Positions 59,131 to 64,000 of a DNA stretch of 64,000 bases are shown piece after piece. The position numbers and the translations under genes were made by a program. This DNA comes from a virus. The stretch is taken from positions 60,774-124,773 of IMG/VR virus record IMGVR_UViG_3300036792_000363. One strand, written 5' to 3'. The notes beneath the pieces were generated by a model. It did not search any database. It was not told the origin of the DNA and saw nothing but the letters and a program-made list of their open reading frames with translations. How positions within the stretch are numbered: position 1 is the stretch's first letter; each line of letters begins with the position of its first letter.

Positions 59131-59825
59131 TAGGCCACCGCCTTCATCATCGCGGTGTGGATCTCCAGCACCGCCCTCTGGTGAAGCCTGACGGCCTCGT
59201 CCTCTGATACGCCGATGACGTCCGCCACCTCCTGCACGGTCATACCGTGGTAATAGCGCAGCACCAGGATGATACGGGACGCCTCGCCCAGCCGCGCAAT
59301 CACTCCCATCACGGCGGCCAGCACCTCCGACACCACCGCCGACCCCTCCACGTCGTCGGCGCCGGCCACGTCGTGCGGCTCGGCGTCGAAGCTTACCGGG
59401 CGGGCCGACACCGCGGCCATCGTCTCGCGGATGTCGGCGACGCTGATGCCGGTGGCGGCCGACAGCTCCGCCTCGCTCAGCCCGCGGTCCTGGCCGGCCG
59501 CGCGCAGCGCCTTCGACCTGGTGCGGGCGCTGCGGGTCACCCAGTCCTGGCTGCGCAGCCAGTCGAGCATCGAGCCCCGCATCCTGCGCAGCGCGTAGGC
59601 CGGGAAGAACTGGTAGGCGGTCGGGTCGTGCCCGTTCTTCTCGCAGTACACGAGCCACCTCGCGGCCGCGGCGGCCAGGCCCGACAGCGCCAGCGACTCA
59701 AGCTCGTCCATCTCCAGGACGTGCGGGGCCCGCTGCCACACCTTGTAGGCCTCGGCCCGCGCCTGGGGCATGATCTCCGCCACCAGTTCGTTGATGCGCG
59801 CGCGAACGGCGTCGTCGTCACTCAT
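59130..59825 (-). CDS. RNA polymerase sigma factor, FliA/WhiG (sigma28) family
   Basis: FFPAYALRRMRGSMLDWLRSQDWVTRS (region 2.3-2.4), LSEAELSAATGIS (3), LVLRYYHGMTVQEVADVIGVSE...RLHQRA (4). Confidence 0.9.
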   Translation of the reverse strand: MSDDDAVRARINELVAEIMPQARAEAYKVWQRAPHVLEMDELESLALSGLAAAAARWLVYCEKNGHDPTAYQFFPAYALRRMRGSMLDWLRSQDWVTRSARTRSKALRAAGQDRGLSEAELSAATGISVADIRETMAAVSARPVSFDAEPHDVAGADDVEGSAVVSEVLAAVMGVIARLGEASRIILVLRYYHGMTVQEVADVIGVSEDEAVRLHQRAVLEIHTAMMKAVA

Positions 59826-60009
59826 CCTGTCTGACTTCGGCCCGGGCGGGCTCGTCCTGCTCGACTTCGACCCGGGCGGGGCGGACGACGGCATCAATCT
59901 CGGCGCGGGGGATCCCGCAGTGCTCGGCCACCCGCTGGTCGTCCCAGTCCCGGTGGACGCGGATGGTGCGCTTGGCGGCCAGGAACCACTCAACTCGGCT
60001 TGACGGCAT
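59818..60009 (-). CDS. Small protein co-transcribed with the sigma gene (63 aa)
   Basis: ACGATT-N8-ATG start; overlaps sigma start. Confidence 0.6.
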   Translation of the reverse strand: MPSSRVEWFLAAKRTIRVHRDWDDQRVAEHCGIPRAEIDAVVRPARVEVEQDEPARAEVRQDE

Positions 60010-60017
60010 GCCGTCGG

Positions 60018-60023
60018 AATCGT
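60018..60023 (-). promoter_or_regulatory. Late promoter motif ACGATT in front of the sigma28-like operon (possible autoregulation)
   Basis: N8 spacing. Confidence 0.6.
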
Positions 60024-60055
60024 CACGCCACCCAGACGGCCCGCAGCCGCCGTCA

Positions 60056-61774
60056 TTACGCGGCGGCGGCCTCCCCGCGCACCGGCTCCAGGCGGCCGGT
60101 GGCGATCAGGCGCAGCATCTGCCGCGGGGTGAGCTGCGCGAAGGTGTTGGCCTGCTCGTCCCACACCGCGTCCGACATGACGCCCTCGCGGCGCAGCATC
60201 GACAGGAACGCCTCCTCCAGGGTGCCCGCCGCCAGCAGGTGCAGCAGGTACACCGTCGGGTAGGGGCTGCCGACCCGGCGCACCCGGCCGAACAGCTGCT
60301 CCATCCCCTGCACGTTGAGGATGGTGTCGACCGCGATCAGGTACCGCGCCACCTGCAGGTTGAGGCTGGTCTGGATGGTGGTGGTGCCGACCAGCACACG
60401 GCACGCCGGGTCGTAGCGGAACGCCTCCAGGCGGCGCTGCCGCTCGCGCTTGTCGGTCTCCTGCGACCACATGAGCACGTGCCCGACCCCGGCCGCGGTC
60501 AGCCGGGCCGACAGGGCCGCCACATTCGGCCTGAAGCCGACGTAGCAGACCACCTTCTCCTCCGCCAGGTCCCCGGTGACCTCGCGCATCGCCCAGTCGA
60601 GCTTGGCGCTGTCGTCGAGCGCCACCCCGTCCAGGGTGGCCAGGCCCGAGCAGACCTGGCGGGCGCGGGTGAACGCCGCGCCGGCCTGCGCGCGGGTGAT
60701 CTCCACCCCGCCGTCGGCCCGCAGCCGCCGCAGCACGCCGTCGGACAGCTCCCGGTACCGGGTGCGCTGCCGCGGGCTCAGGTCGACCATGACGGGGGTG
60801 TACTGCACCTGCGGCAAGGTCACGTCGTCGCCGAAGTCGGACGCGGTGCGCCGCAGCACCAGCGGGGCCACCTTCCGGCGGAACTCCGCCAGCCGCGCCG
60901 GGTTGGAGGTGATCCCGTTGTTCGGCTGGACGACGCGCGACATCGCCGTGCGGCCTCTCCTGTCGCGCGGGTCGGCGGTGACGATGACCCGGCGCTCGGC
61001 CGCCTCGTACTTGCTCAGCATCCAGTCGAGCGACCCGAGCGCGGCCTCCCCGCCGGCCGGCTCCAGCATCCCCCACAGGTCGCGCAGCTGCTTCTGCAGC
61101 GGGGTGGCGTGCGCGCCGTGCACCCGCGTGCACCGGGAGGCCAGCCGGTTGACCGCGATGGCGGTCTTCGACTCAGGGTTGCGCATCGGGTCCACGTCGT
61201 CGTAGACGAGGATCCCGATGTCCAGCTGCATCAACAGCTCGATGTCGCCCTCGCGCCTCGCCTTGCGGCCCTCCGCCGGGGCGAGGGTGCGGTCGGAGAC
61301 GACCGCCACCTCCCAGTCGCCCAGGTAGCCGCGGACCCGGCTGTCGCGGTCCCCATCGGCGATGAGCACCTTCAGGCCGGGGGTGAGGCGCTTCAGCTCG
61401 TTCGCCCACGGGTCGTGCACCGCGGCGGCCTTGGTGACGATGACCGCCCGGTTGCGGGGCCCAAGCTCCCCGTTCTGCTTGCACATCGCCAGCATCAGCA
61501 GGATCTGGGCCGTCTTGCCCGAGCCCACCGTGTCGCCCAGCAGGCCGGGCAGGCCGTAGTACATCCACGCCGCGCCGATCCGCTGGTGGGCGCGGGGCAT
61601 GATGCCGCACCGGCGGCACAGGATGTCCAGCTGCTCGTGCCGGGCGCACGGGGCGGTATTGAACCACTCCAGTTCAGGCCAGGGGTCGATGTCCTTCTGC
61701 TGGCGGATGCTCCAGGCAGCGCGGCGGCGGGCCTCCGTGGAGAGGCCCGCCGCGTCGCGCAGAGGGGTCGTCAC
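60056..61774 (-). CDS. SNF2-family helicase/ATPase
   Basis: LLGDTVGSGKT, YDDVD (motif II), HATPLQ..L.DLW.ML, LRRT, SLNLQVA, QLFGRVRRVG. Confidence 0.85.
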   Translation of the reverse strand: MTTPLRDAAGLSTEARRRAAWSIRQQKDIDPWPELEWFNTAPCARHEQLDILCRRCGIMPRAHQRIGAAWMYYGLPGLLGDTVGSGKTAQILLMLAMCKQNGELGPRNRAVIVTKAAAVHDPWANELKRLTPGLKVLIADGDRDSRVRGYLGDWEVAVVSDRTLAPAEGRKARREGDIELLMQLDIGILVYDDVDPMRNPESKTAIAVNRLASRCTRVHGAHATPLQKQLRDLWGMLEPAGGEAALGSLDWMLSKYEAAERRVIVTADPRDRRGRTAMSRVVQPNNGITSNPARLAEFRRKVAPLVLRRTASDFGDDVTLPQVQYTPVMVDLSPRQRTRYRELSDGVLRRLRADGGVEITRAQAGAAFTRARQVCSGLATLDGVALDDSAKLDWAMREVTGDLAEEKVVCYVGFRPNVAALSARLTAAGVGHVLMWSQETDKRERQRRLEAFRYDPACRVLVGTTTIQTSLNLQVARYLIAVDTILNVQGMEQLFGRVRRVGSPYPTVYLLHLLAAGTLEEAFLSMLRREGVMSDAVWDEQANTFAQLTPRQMLRLIATGRLEPVRGEAAAA

Positions 61775-61780
61775 CCTGGT

Positions 61781-61787
61781 TACTACA
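61781..61787 (-). promoter_or_regulatory. Class II promoter motif TGTAGTA, 6 nt before GTG 61774
   Basis: N6 spacing. Confidence 0.65.
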
Positions 61788-61792
61788 CCCTG

Positions 61793-62011
61793 CTAGTCGA
61801 ACTCGCTGCCGGAGTCGTCGTCTTCGTCCTCGTCGTCGCCCATCTCCTCGGTGGGGTCGACGTCGGAGTCCCCCAGGATCCACTGCAGGGTGTCGTAGAC
61901 GGCCGAGGCCACCTCGTCATCCTGGCCGCTGTCCTCGGCGTCGAACGCCGCCTTCTGGGCCCGCGCTCGGGCCTCGCTGATCTCTTCCGCGGTGCGCGCT
62001 ACTGCTGCCAT
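61793..62011 (-). CDS. Small acidic protein (72 aa)
   Basis: GAGGAG SD; D/E-rich tail. Confidence 0.65.
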   Translation of the reverse strand: MAAVARTAEEISEARARAQKAAFDAEDSGQDDEVASAVYDTLQWILGDSDVDPTEEMGDDEDEDDDSGSEFD

Positions 62012-62108
62012 GGCTGTCTCCTCGGTCGGGCCGGCTCGGTGAGGATGCCGCGTGCCGTGGCCTTCCGGCCCGCAGGCCGGCGATCCGTGGGATAGGTCAT
62101 CCGCCCTC

Positions 62109-62115
62109 TACTACG
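62109..62115 (-). promoter_or_regulatory. Class II promoter motif CGTAGTA
   Basis: Motif match upstream of 62011 gene. Confidence 0.55.
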
Positions 62116-62130
62116 CCCGAGGGGTGCCGG

Positions 62131-62448
62131 TCACCGGCTGATCCGCTCCAGGTGCTCGGCGTGCAGCCGGTGGATCAGCTCCCGGTGCGGGCGCCGGCCC
62201 TTCAGGTCGGGGTGGTGGTGCCTGCACAGCTTGAACATCCCGCCCGCGGCCTCGTACTTCCCGCGCCGCAGGCACTTCCAGGAATCGTGGCAGGTCTGCC
62301 CCAGGTACCAGGTGACGATGAACACGATCACGCCGACCACGAACGACCCCGACACCCCGGACCAGAAGTCGTAGGGCACCAGCACGCCGTAGGGCGCGCC
62401 GTAGTCGCAGCCGAAGAAGTGGACCAGGAAATGCCAGGCGATGATCAC
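62131..62448 (-). CDS. Membrane protein (105 aa) with Cys/His C-terminus
   Basis: TM segment FVVGVIVFIVTWYLG. Confidence 0.65.
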   Translation of the reverse strand: MIIAWHFLVHFFGCDYGAPYGVLVPYDFWSGVSGSFVVGVIVFIVTWYLGQTCHDSWKCLRRGKYEAAGGMFKLCRHHHPDLKGRRPHRELIHRLHAEHLERISR

Positions 62449-62467
62449 GAGACTGGTGGCGGGACCC

Positions 62468-62731
62468 TCACCCGGCGCTGAACAGCGCCTTGATGTCGGT
62501 GAACAGCTGCTCGCCCAGCGCCGCCAGCTCCGGCCCGTACTGCGCGGCCAGCGCGGCCAGCTGGTTCTTGGCGTTCTCGGCGATCAGGACGGCCTTGCCC
62601 TCGGCCTCGCCCGCCACGGCGATGGCCTGCCGGGCGACCGACAGCGCCTCGCCGTCGAACTCCCCGACCTTGACCTCCACCTCGTGGAAGACCTTCTCGA
62701 CGGCCTGCTCGACGTTACTCAGAACGGACAT
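62468..62731 (-). CDS. Helical hypothetical protein (87 aa)
   Basis: GGGAG SD; late motif upstream. Confidence 0.65.
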   Translation of the reverse strand: MSVLSNVEQAVEKVFHEVEVKVGEFDGEALSVARQAIAVAGEAEGKAVLIAENAKNQLAALAAQYGPELAALGEQLFTDIKALFSAG

Positions 62732-62897
62732 GCGGTTCTCCCTCGGCCTTGGCTCCGGACAGGGAATCGGCTATGTCCAGCACCCGGCGCAATTCGGCCC
62801 GCTGGGGCTGCTTCAGCAGCATGAAGCCCTTGGCGAGGGAGTCGGTGTCATAGTCGAGAAGCGCGCGCAGGTCCATCGCCGCGGCGGTCGACGCCAT
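62715..62897 (-). CDS. Small hypothetical protein (60 aa)
   Basis: TGATG coupling. Confidence 0.5.
   Translation of the reverse strand: MASTAAAMDLRALLDYDTDSLAKGFMLLKQPQRAELRRVLDIADSLSGAKAEGEPHVRSE
62765..62770 (-). promoter_or_regulatory. Late promoter motif (G)CCGATT
   Basis: Motif match with short leader. Confidence 0.55.
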
Positions 62898-63625
62898 CAC
62901 GCCGCCCACCCCCCCGCCGCCACCGCGTCGTCGTCGAACACCTTCACGCCCTCGGCGAGCCCGCCCGCCGCCAGGACCTCGGCCGCCTGGGCGGACTCGG
63001 TGAACGACAGCCCGGCGCGGACGTGGTTGGCCGGCCGGGTGAACTTCCCGGGCCCGGCCACCGCGACCGCCAGCCGCAGGGCGGGCGAGGCGAACCGGCA
63101 CGAGCCGGAGCCGCAGGCGGTGTCCTCGTCGCAGGTGAACTCCCCGGGCCGCTCCCCGCACAGGGCCAGGGCGCGGTGCACCGCGGCCCGGACCGACGAC
63201 CGCACCCCGGCCGCGCGGGCCCGCTCGCGGACCCCGACGGCCTCGCGGGCCATCGCCGCCGCGTACCGCTCGTCGCGGGCGAACGCGTCCAGGGCGGCGG
63301 CGATCTCCCGCTCGCGCGCCGCCTCCAGGGCGGCCTCGACGGCGATGATGAACGCGGTCTTGGTCACGTGCCGCCCGGCTGCGCCGATCCGGCCCGTCCT
63401 CGGCCAGTACCGGCACTGCTCGATGTACGGCGCGGCCGCCGCGAAGTAGTCGCACCCGGCCAGCGGGCTGCCCGCGGTGCGCAGGGAGGGCTGGATGACG
63501 GAGCTGGCCGTGGCGGCCAGGATCCCGGCGGCGCGCTCGGCCTCGGCGTAGGACACCTCGACGCCGCCGACCGTGACGCGGCGCTCGGCCAGCGCGGGCC
63601 ACGCGCCCGAGAGGTTTGACTTCAC
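62897..63625 (-). CDS. Ala-rich hypothetical protein (242 aa)
   Basis: Long open frame with good codon bias. Confidence 0.65.
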   Translation of the reverse strand: MKSNLSGAWPALAERRVTVGGVEVSYAEAERAAGILAATASSVIQPSLRTAGSPLAGCDYFAAAAPYIEQCRYWPRTGRIGAAGRHVTKTAFIIAVEAALEAAREREIAAALDAFARDERYAAAMAREAVGVRERARAAGVRSSVRAAVHRALALCGERPGEFTCDEDTACGSGSCRFASPALRLAVAVAGPGKFTRPANHVRAGLSFTESAQAAEVLAAGGLAEGVKVFDDDAVAAGGWAA

Positions 63626-63795
63626 GGCGCGGTCGGGCAGACTGGATGTGCATGCGGCACATGGCGCGACCGCATAGGCACTGGTGCCCCGCCCGTATCC
63701 CCACCGTCCTCACCAGCCGGCTTCGGGCGGGGCGCTGTCATGTCCGGGGGCAGGCGAAAGGCCAGCCGCCCGGGTATCCAGATGGCTGGCCTCAT
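63622..63795 (-). CDS. 57-aa Pro-rich ORF (MRPAIWIPGRLAF...)
   Basis: AGGAGG SD; GTGA-coupled to next gene. Confidence 0.45.
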   Translation of the reverse strand: MRPAIWIPGRLAFRLPPDMTAPRPKPAGEDGGDTGGAPVPMRSRHVPHAHPVCPTAP

Positions 63796-63884
63796 CTATC
63801 CTCCTGCGATGCGGGCAGGAGGCAGGCCGGAGGCCTGTCCTCCGGCTGTGAACCGGCTGACGGGCCTCTCGGGCTCTGCGCCGA

Positions 63885-63914
63885 AGGCTAAGCCCCCGGC
63901 CGCCCCCGCGTCAA
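63885..63914 (-). promoter_or_regulatory. Host sigma70-type promoter TTGACG-N18-TAGCCT
   Basis: Direct match to actinobacterial housekeeping consensus. Confidence 0.6.
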
Positions 63915-64000
63915 TAATCACCTCTTGCGCGTCGTCCGGTCCACCCGGTCCCGGGGCGTCCGGGACGTCCGGGCCCGGGACGTCCGGGCGCGCTTGGCGC

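Noticed and set aside
22302-63900. Many long + strand ORFs in the track (e.g. 22302..24917, 33547..36045, 47590..50229, 59963..62095)
   Set aside because: Antisense shadows of real minus-strand genes in very high-GC DNA; Arg/Gly/Pro/Ala-rich, no motifs
63945-63995. Short CGGGACGTCCGGG repeats at the window edge
   Set aside because: Only 2-3 imperfect copies, truncated; too little to call

Overview
A 64-kb stretch of a large, very GC-rich (about 70% or more by eye) tailed phage or prophage of an actinomycete host, almost entirely encoded on the minus strand. No integrase or tail tape-measure gene lies in the window. From left to right: (1) a 7-deazaguanine DNA-modification cassette (YhhQ/VUT transporter, QueF-like T-fold protein, DpdA-like transglycosylase); (2) a head module (adaptor, fibre-like proteins, lambda gpE-type major capsid, decoration protein, Mu-like protease/scaffold, Mu-F-like protein, DUF935-type portal) interrupted by an antisense EndoVII homing endonuclease and a PadR-like gene; (3) a 6-kb array of 35 tRNAs covering all 20 amino acids, nine with a non-canonical C33, interspersed with tRNA-like and structured RNAs, tiny ORFs and an HNH gene; (4) the terminase large subunit; (5) a four-gene glycosyltransferase/methyltransferase cluster with two GT17-like paralogs; (6) replication and recombination genes (DnaX, HolA, HolB, beta clamp, family-A polymerase, DnaB, SSB, RuvC, PD-(D/E)XK nuclease, split SbcC plus SbcD, SNF2 helicase, C5 methyltransferase), a large radical SAM-DUF2344 fusion enzyme, a LAGLIDADG homing endonuclease and a GH25 endolysin; (7) two phage-encoded sigma factors, one ECF-like and one FliA/WhiG-like. 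The most striking unannotated structure is a three-tier regulatory code readable from the sequence: host-type promoters carrying a palindromic operator, an NGTAGTA-N6-start motif before replication genes, and a sigma28-like CGATT-N8-start motif before virion and lysis genes. All calls were made by eye from motifs; no database search was run.
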